From the NCBI GenBank assembly GCA_030833925.1, contig JAURGE010000008.1, positions 6,617-70,616 on the forward strand: a stretch of DNA of 64,000 nucleotides, written 5' to 3'. The notes beneath the pieces were generated by a model that worked only from the letters and a program-made list of their open reading frames with translations, made no database searches and was not told the DNA's origin. This document shows positions 9,345 to 20,373 of the stretch, piece after piece (the stretch's first letter is position 1; each line of letters opens with the position of its first letter). The position numbers and the translations under genes are program-made. The stretch comes from Alphaproteobacteria bacterium (GTDB taxonomy: Bacteria; Pseudomonadota; Alphaproteobacteria; Bin95).

Positions 9345-10787
9345 TTAGAAGAACACGAAAGTGACTAGTACAAAGCATGGCACCAAAATTAACCCAGACC
9401 AAGCCATATATCCAAAGAAGCTCGGCATCCGAACGCCACCTTCTTCCGCAATTGCCCTAACCATAAAGTTTGGCGCATTTCCGATATAAGTATTTGCACC
9501 CATAAAGACCGCGCCAGCGGAAATTGCGAGTAAGGTTTGGCCCATCGGCCCCATCAACATCTGCGGATCACCGCCAGCAGTATTAAAGAACACCAGATAT
9601 GTTGGGGCGTTATCGAGGAAACTTGATAGAATACCGGTCAACCAAAAGTACATCTGGTTTATCGGCTCACCTTCCGGCGTCGACACCATGGAGACGACTC
9701 CCCCGAGAGCGCCAGAGGTGCCTGCCTTAAGAATTGCAATAGCTGGCACAATCGTCAGGAAAATACCTATAAAGAGCTTCCCAACTTCCATGATCGGAAA
9801 CCACGTAAAACCGTTTGCTGTTCGGTTCTCCATCGGCGTGATTTTCCACGAAAGGAAAGCAATCAAAAGCAACAAAATGTCTCTAGCGATATTCTGCAGT
9901 TCCCAATGAACGTGGTAAATTACCAATTCAAGATGCGGCTTCCAAATTCCACTCATAAGAACAGCGGCAACGATCCCGGCAAGAAGCAAAAAGTTCAACT
10001 TACCATCTATGCCAATCGCCTCATGAGCTTCACTGGGATCTGGTTCGGGAATACCCCCTTCTTTCTTCACCAATGCTGAATCGACGACAAAATAAAGTGC
10101 CAAAAGTATTACAGAAAGCATTAACATCGGCGCAAACATATGAGTAGTTGGCCAGAAGAATTCCACCCCCTTGAGGAACCCCAAAAACAGCGGAGGATCT
10201 CCAAGAGGGGTTAGTGACCCACCAATGTTTGCAACCAAGAAAATAAAGAAAACGATCGTGTGGACACGATATTTACGTTTTTCGTTTGCACGCATCAAAG
10301 GTCGAATCAGCAGCATTGCTGCGCCGGTTGTACCCATCCAACTTGCCAATACGGTTCCAATTAAAAGGAAACCAGTATTAAGAATCGGCGTTCCTACTAA
10401 TCGTCCGCGTACACGGACGCCTCCGGCCACGGTGAAGAGTGACAGCAACAAGATAATGAAAGGAATGTATTCTAGGAGGAGAACATGAATAACTTCGAAA
10501 ATCGCTATCGATGCGCCGAAAACAACTGTGAAAGGAATTAGAAAAGCCGCTGCCCAAAAAGCCGAAATTTTTCCAAAATGATGGTGCCAAAAGTCTGGAG
10601 CAACCAGGGGAAAGACAGCGATCGAAAGCAGAATGCCAGCAAAAGGAACTACCCATAACAGTCCTAACTGACCACCGTCCAAATGTGGCGCGCCCGCACC
10701 CGCCGCCAACGCGGGGGCTGCGGTCAGTAAACCCGCTAGGGCTGCAAGCGCTCCTAAAATCCGCAATTTCATTATCATCCCCTGCAA
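9345..10787 (-). CDS. Polytopic membrane transporter, putative Na+/H+ antiporter (DUF1504/ArsB-NhaD-like ion-transporter superfamily)
   Basis: 480 aa, about 12 TM segments, signal-like N-terminus. Composition resembles putative Na/H antiporter family proteins common in alphaproteobacteria. Family call from memory. Confidence 0.45.
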   Translation of the reverse strand: MQGMIMKLRILGALAALAGLLTAAPALAAGAGAPHLDGGQLGLLWVVPFAGILLSIAVFPLVAPDFWHHHFGKISAFWAAAFLIPFTVVFGASIAIFEVIHVLLLEYIPFIILLLSLFTVAGGVRVRGRLVGTPILNTGFLLIGTVLASWMGTTGAAMLLIRPLMRANEKRKYRVHTIVFFIFLVANIGGSLTPLGDPPLFLGFLKGVEFFWPTTHMFAPMLMLSVILLALYFVVDSALVKKEGGIPEPDPSEAHEAIGIDGKLNFLLLAGIVAAVLMSGIWKPHLELVIYHVHWELQNIARDILLLLIAFLSWKITPMENRTANGFTWFPIMEVGKLFIGIFLTIVPAIAILKAGTSGALGGVVSMVSTPEGEPINQMYFWLTGILSSFLDNAPTYLVFFNTAGGDPQMLMGPMGQTLLAISAGAVFMGANTYIGNAPNFMVRAIAEEGGVRMPSFFGYMAWSGLILVPCFVLVTFVFF

Positions 10788-11003
10788 TTCGACGGCTGCA
10801 CGTTCTCTAACCTTTGAATCCTAATCGGCGGCCAGAGTATGCCTAAGCACTTGCGTGCCGCCAAGATCTGTCAACATAAAACCGAATTTAATAAGCGATC
10901 AACCAACATTGAAACAGTTCAGCGGCAACTCTATGCTCCAACCTTTGAGCCATGGTGCCCGTTGGGGCCTATCTGTCAGTGCTGATATTCAAGGGTGTAA
11001 ACA

Positions 11004-11678
11004 ATGGAAATGCAGGGTGAAGCGCTAATTCAAGCGCCTAAGCAGGTTGTTTGGGATGCATTGAATGATCCAACGGTGTTGAAGGAAGCAATCCCGGGCT
11101 GTGAAGAGCTAACCCAGGATGGGGAAGATGGGTTTGCTGCAAAAGTGAGAGCAAAAGTAGGACCGGTTAGTGCTCGCTTTGCTGGCAAAGTGCAGCTTTC
11201 CGATATTGATCCTCCCAACGCTTACCGCATCCATGGCGAAGGTTCTGGCGGAGCGGCTGGTTTTGCTAAAGGGGGCGCCTTTGTAAATCTAGAAGATGAT
11301 GGAAATGGTGGAACTCTTCTAAAATACAATGTTGAAGCCAACGTGGGTGGAAAATTAGCCCAAATTGGATCACGCCTTATTGATGGTGCTGCCCGCAAAC
11401 TTGCTGATGAATTTTTTGATAATTTTGCCAAGATTGCGACAGCTCGAGCAGGGCTATCCAAGCCTGAGAACGAAAAAGGTTCTAATGAGCAACCTGCTGA
11501 AGACGATGAGTCTTCAAAGGTGGCAACCTCGGTATCAGAAGATCCATCGGCTAGTGAAAAAGGCGAAGATGGTCAGACCGGCAATCAAGGGACAGAAAGC
11601 AACAAAGGCATTCCACTTTGGATTTGGCTCTCCGGATTGGCGGTTGTCCTGGTGGGACTACTTTACGTTTTGTCTTGA
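11004..11678 (+). CDS. coxG: CoxG-like SRPBCC protein (CO-dehydrogenase subunit G family) with acidic linker and C-terminal membrane anchor
   Basis: N-terminal PKQVVWDALNDPTVLKEAIPGCEEL is typical of CoxG. C-terminus has a Glu/Asp/Ser-rich low-complexity tract and a hydrophobic tail GIPLWIWLSGLAVVLVGLLYVLS. Lies immediately upstream of coxS. Confidence 0.75.
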   Translation: MEMQGEALIQAPKQVVWDALNDPTVLKEAIPGCEELTQDGEDGFAAKVRAKVGPVSARFAGKVQLSDIDPPNAYRIHGEGSGGAAGFAKGGAFVNLEDDGNGGTLLKYNVEANVGGKLAQIGSRLIDGAARKLADEFFDNFAKIATARAGLSKPENEKGSNEQPAEDDESSKVATSVSEDPSASEKGEDGQTGNQGTESNKGIPLWIWLSGLAVVLVGLLYVLS

Positions 11679-11778
11679 CAATCCCTTCCTAGTTGACCTC
11701 TCGGCCCAGGCGTTAGATGCTTCATCATTAGCTGAAGCAGAATCATAATCTGCTCAGGTTTTATTTGGGGAGATTGCG

Positions 11779-12243
11779 ATGCCGAGCGTATCGATGACTA
11801 TCAACGGCAAGAAAGTTTTGGGTGAAGTAGAAGCACGCACTTTGCTCGTCGATTTTATCCGTGAGGATCAGAGGCTTACCGGCACCCATGTGGGTTGTGA
11901 CACCAGTCAATGTGGGGCCTGTGTCATTCATATAAATGGAGAGGCAGTTAAATCCTGCACAATGCTTGCCGTTCAGGCCAATGGCGCAGAAATAACTACC
12001 ATTGAAGGCCTCGCTAATGGCGATGAACTGCACCCAATGCAGGAAGCTTTCCGTGACAACCACGGTCTCCAATGCGGTTTCTGCACACCAGGAATGATCA
12101 TGAGTGCAGTTGCGCTTGCAAAACGGAATTCAGCCCCTTCGGAGAAGGAGGTCCGCCACTACCTGGAGGGCAATCTTTGCCGCTGCACGGGCTATCATAA
12201 CATCGTCAAATCAGTGATCGCTGGCGCGCGGGCAATGTCCTAA
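11779..12243 (+). CDS. coxS: (2Fe-2S)-binding small subunit of a molybdenum hydroxylase (CoxS/XdhC-type)
   Basis: Two [2Fe-2S] cysteine clusters: [12 protein letters not shown] and [11 protein letters not shown]...CRCTGY. Confidence 0.9.
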   Translation: MPSVSMTINGKKVLGEVEARTLLVDFIREDQRLTGTHVGCDTSQCGACVIHINGEAVKSCTMLAVQANGAEITTIEGLANGDELHPMQEAFRDNHGLQCGFCTPGMIMSAVALAKRNSAPSEKEVRHYLEGNLCRCTGYHNIVKSVIAGARAMS

Positions 12244-12298
12244 AGCGGCTAAAAAAAGAAAAGCCAAAAGAGCGATCACAAAGGGAGGAAATCAGACA

Positions 12299-14662
12299 AT
12301 GCCAAGAGATGACGGCATAGGCGCCGCCGTAAGGCGCAAAGAAGACTTTCGGTTCATCACAGGGCGCGGCTCCTACACCGACGACCTCAACAGACCCGGG
12401 CAAGCTTTTGCAGCTTTTTTAAGAAGCCCTCACGCCCACGCTAGAGTCGACAGCATAAACGTAAGTCCAGCAATGGCAGTCGAAGGTGTTGTCGCAGTTT
12501 ATACCGGTCAAGACCTCGCTGACGCAGGGGTCAATGGCTTACCATGCGGGTGGCAGGTCCACTCTAAAAATGGTGAACCAATGGCAGAGCCTGCCCACCC
12601 AGCCCTTGCTCAAGGAAAAGTTCGTCATGTCGGTGATGCTGTCGCTGTGGTCATTGCTGAAAGCAGGACCGCTGCTCGCGCCGGTGCTGAAGCATTAGAG
12701 GTTGCCTACACCCCATTACCAGCAATCCCTAATATGAAATCAGCTAAGGGTGCGGTAGCAACTGTCCATGACGATGTCACTAATAACCAGTGTTATGATT
12801 GGGAGCTTGGCGATGAAGCTGAAATTGACGCAGCGCTGGCAGCCTCAGCTCATCAAGTAACTCTATCCCTTGTGAATAATCGATTAGTTCCAAACCCAAT
12901 GGAACCAAGGGTAGCAATCGGAGATTTCGATCATGCCTCCGGCGAGCATACTCTTTACACCACAAGCCAGAATCCGCACGTAATACGCCTATTAATGGGA
13001 GCTTTTGTATTAGGACTGCCTGAGCATAAGCTTCGGGTGGTAGCGCCGGACGTCGGCGGCGGATTTGGCTCGAAAATTTTCCATTATGCTGAAGAGGCAG
13101 TGGTAACTTGGGCCGCTGCCAAGCTTAGACGCCCCGTAAAATGGACAAGCGATCGTTCTGAAGCCTTTATGACTGATGCCCATGGCAGAGACCATGAGAC
13201 AACAGTCACGCTCGGTTTAGACGCAGATGGAAAATTCAACGCTCTTAAAGTGATTACAGATGCGAACATGGGGGCTTACCTCTCCACTTTCGCTCCCTGC
13301 GTACCAACATACCTATATGCAACGCTCCTAGCAGGACAGTACACCACGCCGAAAATCTATGCTGGTGTTCGTGCCTGGTTCACTAACACTGTTCCAGTCG
13401 ACGCATATCGTGGCGCAGGGCGTCCGGAGGCAACTTACGTGGTCGAGCGCATCGTTGAGGAGGCAGCTCGTCAAATTGGCGTTGACCCCGCCGAACTCAG
13501 AAAGCGGAATTTTATAGCGCCGGATGCTTTCCCTTACCCAACCCCAGTAGCACTGGAGTACGACAGCGGGAATTATGCGGGAACCCTCGATAAAGCGATG
13601 GCTGCGGTGGACTACGCTAATTTTAAATCCAGGCAGGCAGCGTCTAAGGCAGCGGGCAAACTTCGCGGGATTGGTTTTTCGGCATATATCGAGGCTTGCG
13701 GTATAGCGCCATCCGCTGTGGTTGGTTCGCTAGGTGCCCGGGCTGGACTTTATGAAAGTGGCGCCGTTCGTGTACATCCGACAGGCTCTGTAACCTTCTA
13801 CACAGGTACACACAGCCATGGGCAAGGTCATGAAACCACCTTTGCGCAAGTGATTGCTGAAAGATTAGGTGTACCTATTGATAATGTAGACGTAGTGCAC
13901 GGCGATACCAACAAGATCCAATTTGGTATGGGCACTTATGGCTCTCGTAGTCTTGCTGTTGGCGGTTCTGCTTTAGCAAAAGCACTCGATAAGGTTGAAG
14001 CCAAAGCGAAGAAAATTGCAGCTCATTTAATGGAAGCGTCAGCGGATGACGTAGAATTTAAAGACGGGCAATTTACCGTCGCAGGCACAGATAAATCTGT
14101 AGGATTTGGTGACGTGGCGCTTACCGCCTATGTGCCCCATAACTTCCCGCATGATGAGTTGGAACCAGGACTTGAGGAGCAAGCGTTCTACGATCCCGCT
14201 AATTTCACGTTCCCAGCTGGATGTCACATTTGTGAAGTAGAAATAGATCCAGACACCGGCAGGACAGAAATTGTAAATTTTGTTGCGGCCGACGATTTTG
14301 GCAACATCGTCAACCCAATGATCGTTGAGGGACAAGTACACGGCGGCATTGCCCAGGGAGTGGGACAAGCACTGCTGGAAGGTTGTCTCTATGACGGCGA
14401 TGGTCAGCTTATGACGGGATCCTACATGGATTACTGCATGCCGAGAGCTGATGATCTGCCGAATTTTAAAGTGGAAACGCAAGTCACCCCTTGCCCGCAC
14501 AATCCTCTTGGGGTGAAGGGCTGCGGGGAGGCAGGAGCAATTGCTGCACCTGCTGCTGTTATGAATGCTGTAACAGATGCACTGCGTTCAGCCGGTGTTT
14601 CCAAACCCATCGATATGCCAGCCACACCGTCGAAAATTTGGTCTGCGCTCAACGGAGCCTGA
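12299..14662 (+). CDS. coxL: Molybdopterin-binding large subunit, form-II CoxL-like (xanthine dehydrogenase family)
   Basis: 787 aa. Active-site loop AYRGAGR (form II motif, not the form I VAYRCSFR). Conserved GxGxYxSRS region. Confidence 0.85.
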   Translation: MPRDDGIGAAVRRKEDFRFITGRGSYTDDLNRPGQAFAAFLRSPHAHARVDSINVSPAMAVEGVVAVYTGQDLADAGVNGLPCGWQVHSKNGEPMAEPAHPALAQGKVRHVGDAVAVVIAESRTAARAGAEALEVAYTPLPAIPNMKSAKGAVATVHDDVTNNQCYDWELGDEAEIDAALAASAHQVTLSLVNNRLVPNPMEPRVAIGDFDHASGEHTLYTTSQNPHVIRLLMGAFVLGLPEHKLRVVAPDVGGGFGSKIFHYAEEAVVTWAAAKLRRPVKWTSDRSEAFMTDAHGRDHETTVTLGLDADGKFNALKVITDANMGAYLSTFAPCVPTYLYATLLAGQYTTPKIYAGVRAWFTNTVPVDAYRGAGRPEATYVVERIVEEAARQIGVDPAELRKRNFIAPDAFPYPTPVALEYDSGNYAGTLDKAMAAVDYANFKSRQAASKAAGKLRGIGFSAYIEACGIAPSAVVGSLGARAGLYESGAVRVHPTGSVTFYTGTHSHGQGHETTFAQVIAERLGVPIDNVDVVHGDTNKIQFGMGTYGSRSLAVGGSALAKALDKVEAKAKKIAAHLMEASADDVEFKDGQFTVAGTDKSVGFGDVALTAYVPHNFPHDELEPGLEEQAFYDPANFTFPAGCHICEVEIDPDTGRTEIVNFVAADDFGNIVNPMIVEGQVHGGIAQGVGQALLEGCLYDGDGQLMTGSYMDYCMPRADDLPNFKVETQVTPCPHNPLGVKGCGEAGAIAAPAAVMNAVTDALRSAGVSKPIDMPATPSKIWSALNGA

Positions 14663-14680
14663 TCACAAGGAGGAAAAAAG

Positions 14681-15472
14681 ATGTATAATTTCAATTATCA
14701 GACTGCCTCCTCGGCGGATGATGCGGCAGCTAAGGTCTCAGCCTCCGATGAGGGCAAACTTCTTGCAGGTGGCATGACGCTGCTACCAACTATGAAGCAA
14801 CGGCTCGCCATGCCTAGCGACCTCGTTGATCTCAGCAAGGCTGGGCTATCTGGGATATCCGTTGCGGGGAATGTTGTCTCTATTGGCGCGATGACCACTC
14901 ACGACACAGTTGCCAATTCTAAGGAAGTGGCCTCAGCTATTCCTGCGCTAGCAAAACTAGCAAGCGGCATTGGCGACCCAGCAGTGCGCAATCGTGGTAC
15001 AATCGGAGGTTCCATTGCCAATAATGACCCAGCAGCGGACTATCCAGCCGCTGTCCTGGGTCTCGGTGCAACCATTGTCACCAACAAGCGCTCGATTGCT
15101 GGCGATGACTTCTTTACAGGAATGTTTGACACCGCACTTGAAGATGGGGAGGTTATAACTCGAGTTGATTTTCAAGTGCCCGAGACCGCCTCTTACATCA
15201 AGTTTCCTAATCCAGCATCCCGCTATGCCATTGTCGGTGTTTTCGTAGCAAAAACAGCTGGTGGTGTTCGAGTTGCGGTCACCGGTGCAAGCCCTTGCGT
15301 TTTCCGAGCGAGCGAAATGGAAGCTGCGTTGACAGCAAACTTTTCAGCAGGTGCGCTGGAGAACTCGTCAGTGTCAGCAAACGGATTGAATGCTGACATC
15401 CATGCAAGTGCTGAGTACCGTGCGCACCTTGTCGGCGTGATGGCTAAGAGAGCCGTAGCTGCGTGTAGCTAA
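14681..15472 (+). CDS. coxM: FAD-binding medium subunit (CoxM-type) of a molybdenum hydroxylase
   Basis: LLAGGMTLLP FAD-binding motif, 263 aa, RBS AAGGAGG upstream. Order S-L-M fits form II clusters. Confidence 0.9.
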   Translation: MYNFNYQTASSADDAAAKVSASDEGKLLAGGMTLLPTMKQRLAMPSDLVDLSKAGLSGISVAGNVVSIGAMTTHDTVANSKEVASAIPALAKLASGIGDPAVRNRGTIGGSIANNDPAADYPAAVLGLGATIVTNKRSIAGDDFFTGMFDTALEDGEVITRVDFQVPETASYIKFPNPASRYAIVGVFVAKTAGGVRVAVTGASPCVFRASEMEAALTANFSAGALENSSVSANGLNADIHASAEYRAHLVGVMAKRAVAACS

Positions 15473-15504
15473 ACCTTCTCGATCTACTTACGAGAACAAT
15501 TACG

Positions 15505-15542
15505 AGGGCGCGTCGTTCAAAACCGCGCCCTCGTTTTATTTC
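15505..15542 (+). terminator. Putative rho-independent terminator after coxM (convergent gene junction)
   Basis: GAGGGCGCG-tcgttcaaaac-CGCGCCCTC stem followed by GTTTTATTTCC. Confidence 0.5.
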
Positions 15543-15636
15543 CAAGCTAATTCCCAAACAAAGCGAATAGATCTTAATTTTCGGCCTGATGATGGCAAAG
15601 AATTACGTTGGCGCAAAAATTTCATAGGTAGCAAGT

Positions 15637-16629
15637 TTATCCTTGCCAGTAGCCAGGCGTTGACTTTCGCCAATCTAAGAATGACTGGGCAGATGCCCCT
15701 GGCTCAAGCCAAAGATCCAATCCCAACTCATTCCTAAAACGCTCGTTTGAAATTGGCCGTCGGTCATGAAGCCCATGCAAATCAACGTTTGATTCTTCAT
15801 CTGCATCTGCAAGATGCCAAGACATCTCGGGACGAAGAGCTACGAGTGCATCTAACCAATCTGCTACCGTCCAATTCTTCCCCGCCGAAACATTATAAAG
15901 TTTATGACGTAGCACCTTAGCCCTTAAAAGTGCTGCCACGGCCTGGGCTACTTTCCTGCTGTCCGTCCAGTCTCTAGCGCATCTGCGCGGGAGAACAGCA
16001 ACCTGACCGGCAAACATTAATGTTGCGGCCTGGAGATGGGGCGACAGCGTATCACGACGCCCAGTATCCCTCTCCCAGGGACCATACACTGCTGAAAGTC
16101 TTACGTTAACAATATCGGCGGCCCAAAGTTCTGCCAGGCGAGCTGCAATGCCTTCAGACGCTAGTTTAGAAACACCATAGAGGGTGTTAGGTTTTGGCCA
16201 AGTTCCATCTTCTGTAATGTCACCATCACCTTCAAAGGCAGAGATTCCGTAGGCCGACGCCGAAGAAAGATTGATTATACGTTTTGCACCTGCATGCCGA
16301 GCTGCATTTAAAAGGTTTGTGAAGCCCAAAATGTTGGTCTCTAAAGTCTCGATAGGCCGATCCCTTTCCCTCTCCTCTCCAGAAGTGACTGCAGCAGCGC
16401 AGACTAACGCATCAATACCTTTTAGAGCCTGTAACGCTTCTCCAGGGTCAGTAACATCAGCAACCTGAACCTCAAGGGCTCCCAGGCCACTATGCTCCCC
16501 AAGAAAGCGCAGCGCTGCCTCGGGTGGCTGCTTTATATCAACAAGAAGCACATGAGCACCTTGTTGCAAAAGTGCCTCTGCTACAGCTAGCCCAACGAAG
16601 CCAGAACCTCCCGCAATACCAATCAACAT
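15637..16629 (-). CDS. NAD-dependent epimerase/dehydratase family (extended SDR) protein
   Basis: GGSGFVG Rossmann motif, YxxxK-type region. Its stop overlaps the upstream LLM gene by 1 bp. Confidence 0.75.
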   Translation of the reverse strand: MLIGIAGGSGFVGLAVAEALLQQGAHVLLVDIKQPPEAALRFLGEHSGLGALEVQVADVTDPGEALQALKGIDALVCAAAVTSGEERERDRPIETLETNILGFTNLLNAARHAGAKRIINLSSASAYGISAFEGDGDITEDGTWPKPNTLYGVSKLASEGIAARLAELWAADIVNVRLSAVYGPWERDTGRRDTLSPHLQAATLMFAGQVAVLPRRCARDWTDSRKVAQAVAALLRAKVLRHKLYNVSAGKNWTVADWLDALVALRPEMSWHLADADEESNVDLHGLHDRRPISNERFRNELGLDLWLEPGASAQSFLDWRKSTPGYWQG

Positions 16630-17933
16630 TACCTTCTATCCATCACCCTTCTGGGGTCCATGTGAGGTATTGGAATGGCGCCACCTCGCGTTTTGTCAAC
16701 AAAGGCACCACCGGTTGTGTCTCTAACACCCTGCTCCTCCCGTCGCCTTCCAGCTGACGTAATGATAGGAATATCCTCTGCTTTGATTGGTTCCATCCTA
16801 TCTTTTCGCTCTAATGCTGCCTCTATGTAAGGCTTTAACTCTGCCATTTTCTTCTTCTGGCGCGCGAGTTCTCTTTCCTTAAATTCTGGCAAAAGGGTTT
16901 CACCAAAAAGACGCAGAGCATCGCAGATATGATCGTGGCTGTTTCGACCAACTTGTTGAACGAAAATCATTTGGTCGAGGCCTACATCCTCATAACGCTT
17001 TAAATGCGCCCGAACTTGATCCGGCGTGCCAATCCCCCCGCGGCCAGCATTGTCTTCTAGCTTGTTAAAAACTTCATCAAATTGGGCGCCAAGATTTGAA
17101 ACGCCTGGCCTATGAGCACCGAAATTAGTGAAGTACGCAAGGCTGTATCCAAAATACCGGAAACCCGCGAGACCTCGCGAAACTGCCTCCTCTTCGTCCT
17201 TGTGTAATGAAAAACCAGACACTGCCGCAATGTTTGGGTTTACTGTCCAGCCCAGCGGTTTGCATTCCTCAGATTTAATCGTGTCGTAATACTCTTTAAT
17301 CCAAGCCTGAGCCTGCTCAGGTTCCACAAATCCAAAAATGAGCGCTCCCATACCGAGCCGCGCCGCGCGAAGAATGCTGTCTCTGCGCGAGCAAGCAAGC
17401 CACATCGGCGGATGCGGTTTCTGCATAGGCTTCGGGATGACATTCCGTGTGGGCATCGAAAAGTATTTTCCCTTGAAACCTGGATAGGGGGTCATTGCCA
17501 TCATATTTGCGGCCTGCTCCGCCCCCTCACGCCACATGTCACCTTTTTCGTCGGGAGGAATATTAAATCCTTCCATCTCAATCAAAGTGGCCGACTCGCC
17601 AGTCCCCCATTCGGCTCTGCCATTTGAGAGATGATCCAGCGTTGCAAGTGCTTCAGCAACTCGGGCAGGATGATTGTAGTTTGGCGCCGTCAATTTGATA
17701 CCGTGACCAAGGCGGATCTGTTTTGTGCGTTGAGAAGCGGCAGCTAGGAAAAGTTCAGGTGCAGCAGAGTGGGAGTATTCTTCAAGAAAGTGATGCTCCA
17801 CCTCCCAAACATGATCAATACCAACCTGGTCAGCTAACTCGATTTGATCCAGGCTTTCCATGAAAACCCTGTGTTCCGAGCCCTCATCCCATGGCTTGGG
17901 GTTTTGATGTTCGTAGAACAATCCGAATTTCAT
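16629..17933 (-). CDS. Luciferase-like monooxygenase (LLM) class flavin-dependent oxidoreductase
   Basis: 434 aa TIM-barrel LLM pattern (MKFGLFYEH..., GIDHVWEVEHHF). Cofactor (FMN vs F420) cannot be decided from sequence. Confidence 0.75.
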   Translation of the reverse strand: MKFGLFYEHQNPKPWDEGSEHRVFMESLDQIELADQVGIDHVWEVEHHFLEEYSHSAAPELFLAAASQRTKQIRLGHGIKLTAPNYNHPARVAEALATLDHLSNGRAEWGTGESATLIEMEGFNIPPDEKGDMWREGAEQAANMMAMTPYPGFKGKYFSMPTRNVIPKPMQKPHPPMWLACSRRDSILRAARLGMGALIFGFVEPEQAQAWIKEYYDTIKSEECKPLGWTVNPNIAAVSGFSLHKDEEEAVSRGLAGFRYFGYSLAYFTNFGAHRPGVSNLGAQFDEVFNKLEDNAGRGGIGTPDQVRAHLKRYEDVGLDQMIFVQQVGRNSHDHICDALRLFGETLLPEFKERELARQKKKMAELKPYIEAALERKDRMEPIKAEDIPIITSAGRRREEQGVRDTTGGAFVDKTRGGAIPIPHMDPRRVMDRR

Positions 17934-18112
17934 CTATCCGCCTCCCATGACGCTTTTTTGAGATGATCGCAGGGCTAGGCCCTATGACGCAACAGGAGTT
18001 GCAGTCATAATTCAAATTGATCGAAAAAATTTACTATTTGATGCTTTGATTGAAGTGCCCAAGTAACTTCTAAAAACGGCGGCTGAAATTTCAAATCAGT
18101 CAAATAAGGACT

Positions 18113-19318
18113 TTGAGAATGGCCATAGCCACCGATGTTCCAGCCAGCGAAATCCGTGTATTGTCGCTCATAGGTGTTGGGCATTTTTTGAGCCATTTTT
18201 ACATTCTTTGTCTGCCACCGATGCTGCCCTTATTCGCCAGGGAATTTGATGTTGGGTTTGCGCTACTGGGAGGTGCTTTAACTGGGTATGCCTGGATTGG
18301 AGGCATCCTCCAGGCACCTATTGGAGTAGCCCTGGACAAGATTGATGCGCGGAAAATGCTAGCGGTAGGACTTGCTGTAAATGCCACCGCAATTGGGCTG
18401 ATCGGTCTATCAGAGAATTTTTGGCAATTTGCTGCACTAGCTGTTATCGCTGGAGTGGGTAATGCAGTCTTTCATCCAGTTGATTATGCAATAATTGCAG
18501 CAAAGGTCTCTGAAAAGCGCCTCGGGCGGGCATATTCACTGCATACATTTTCTGGATTTTTTGGAGGTGGTGTAGCACCCGTCGCCATGCTGAGTTTGAC
18601 GGGCATTTTTGATTGGCGGACAGCTTTTATTATTGTTGGTATTCTCGGCATTGCAGCAGCGATATTGATAATCGCCCAAGGTGAGACGCTTGCAGGCGAA
18701 AATTCGTCCCGAACGCCTACCGCGTCCGACGCAAAAACCCCAAAGTCCGTTTTATTTTCAGCACCAGTACTTCTCTATTTTCTTTTCCTTGCTACGTACG
18801 GATTAGCTACTGGCGGCATTAGCTCCCAAGGGGTGGTAGTTATGGTGAAGATGGGCCTGGCAGATGAAGTTACTGCTGCCCAAGTTCTATCTGCATACCA
18901 ATTTGCGGTCGCTGGCGGAATTTTGATAGGTGGGATCATAGCGGAAAAATTTGGCCGCCATGGCCTCACAGCGGCTATCTGCCTTCTAACAACTGCAGCC
19001 CTGATGCTCACACCGGCCAGCTTGGCCCCCACAGGATTAATGCTCTTTGCTATCTTTATAGCCGCAGGCTTTGGTTTTGGCGCAGTATTACCTGCCAGAG
19101 ACCTGATGGTGAGGGCAATCACGCCCGCTGGGGGAAGCGGCCGAGTTTTTGGTTTTGTCTTTGTTGGTCTCTCGGTTGGTTCGGGGCTCGCAGGGGTAGT
19201 ATTTGGAGCACTAGTCGACGCCGGCCTTGATCTCTGGGTTTTCCCAGCTGTTGCCGCTCTCCTAGCTTTGTCTGTCCTGATCACAACAGTGGCACAAATC
19301 GCCGCCGAAAAATCTTAA
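18113..19318 (+). CDS. MFS transporter
   Basis: 401 aa, 12 predicted TM segments, MFS-like loop motifs. Confidence 0.8.
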   Translation: MRMAIATDVPASEIRVLSLIGVGHFLSHFYILCLPPMLPLFAREFDVGFALLGGALTGYAWIGGILQAPIGVALDKIDARKMLAVGLAVNATAIGLIGLSENFWQFAALAVIAGVGNAVFHPVDYAIIAAKVSEKRLGRAYSLHTFSGFFGGGVAPVAMLSLTGIFDWRTAFIIVGILGIAAAILIIAQGETLAGENSSRTPTASDAKTPKSVLFSAPVLLYFLFLATYGLATGGISSQGVVVMVKMGLADEVTAAQVLSAYQFAVAGGILIGGIIAEKFGRHGLTAAICLLTTAALMLTPASLAPTGLMLFAIFIAAGFGFGAVLPARDLMVRAITPAGGSGRVFGFVFVGLSVGSGLAGVVFGALVDAGLDLWVFPAVAALLALSVLITTVAQIAAEKS

Positions 19319-19428
19319 AACAAGATGGAGGTTAGTAATCAAAATCACCATCTCCTTAATTATCGGTGGGGAGCATCACTCTCGAATTTATCCTTTGTAA
19401 CTCCATCTTAATATTGAGATAAAGCCGC

Positions 19429-20358
19429 ATGAGCTTTGCTATATACCTCGACGAGGCCTCCTTGGGGCATAACCCAACACCAGGCCATCCAGAACGCCCA
19501 GCTCGCTTTGAAGCTGCTGCACGACGCCTTTCAGAACCTGACTTCGCCAGCCTACCTCGCCGAACCGCACGATTGGCCAAACGAGAAACTATCGAGTTGG
19601 CCCACACTAAGGACTACGTCGACCTAATCCTTGGGGCGGAACGAAAAGATGCCATCATTATGCTGGATGGCGATACTTCCATTGGACCTGGCTCAACCGA
19701 AGCAATTTTAAAAGCAGTGGGTGCGGGCGTTGACGCCTTGGATGCCGTTTTCGCTAACGATATCACCCGGGCTTTTGTTCTTGCTCGCCCTCCAGGCCAT
19801 CATGCCGAAACCAATCGGGCAATGGGTTTTTGTTTTTTCAACTCTATAGCCATAGCAGCCCACTATGCCCTAGCAACATATAATATTAAGCGGGTGGCAA
19901 TTCTTGATTTCGATGTACATCATGGAAACGGGACCCAAGCAATTTTTTGGGACCAACCCAACGTTCTCTTTGCTTCCTCCCACCAAATGCCACTTTTCCC
20001 AGGGACAGGAGCTGTTTCCGAGCGCGGTGCTGGAAATATTTGGAACAAGCCACTGGCCCCAGGAGATAATGGAAAAGATTTGTGCTCAGCCTGGGATAAC
20101 GAACTGTTTCCCGCTGTAGACGAATTCCGGCCGGAGCTGATCCTAGTGTCTGCTGGCTTTGATGCTCATGTTCGTGACCCTCTTGGGAATATCGAGGCAG
20201 AGGCGTCAGACTTTGGATGGATAACTGACAAGATCGTAGAACTCGCCAATACTCATGCCTCAGGCAAGGTTGTTGCCTTCCTTGAGGGTGGGTATGACCT
20301 CAAGGGTTTATCCGAATCTCTAGCTGCCCATTTAGTAGGGCTCACTAAAGGGCTTTAA
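19429..20358 (+). CDS. Histone-deacetylase-family amidohydrolase (AcuC/acetylpolyamine amidohydrolase-like)
   Basis: DFDVHHGNGTQ and SAGFDAH zinc/active-site motifs of the arginase/deacetylase fold. Confidence 0.8.
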   Translation: MSFAIYLDEASLGHNPTPGHPERPARFEAAARRLSEPDFASLPRRTARLAKRETIELAHTKDYVDLILGAERKDAIIMLDGDTSIGPGSTEAILKAVGAGVDALDAVFANDITRAFVLARPPGHHAETNRAMGFCFFNSIAIAAHYALATYNIKRVAILDFDVHHGNGTQAIFWDQPNVLFASSHQMPLFPGTGAVSERGAGNIWNKPLAPGDNGKDLCSAWDNELFPAVDEFRPELILVSAGFDAHVRDPLGNIEAEASDFGWITDKIVELANTHASGKVVAFLEGGYDLKGLSESLAAHLVGLTKGL

Positions 20359-20373
20359 AGCAGAGGTATCGCA

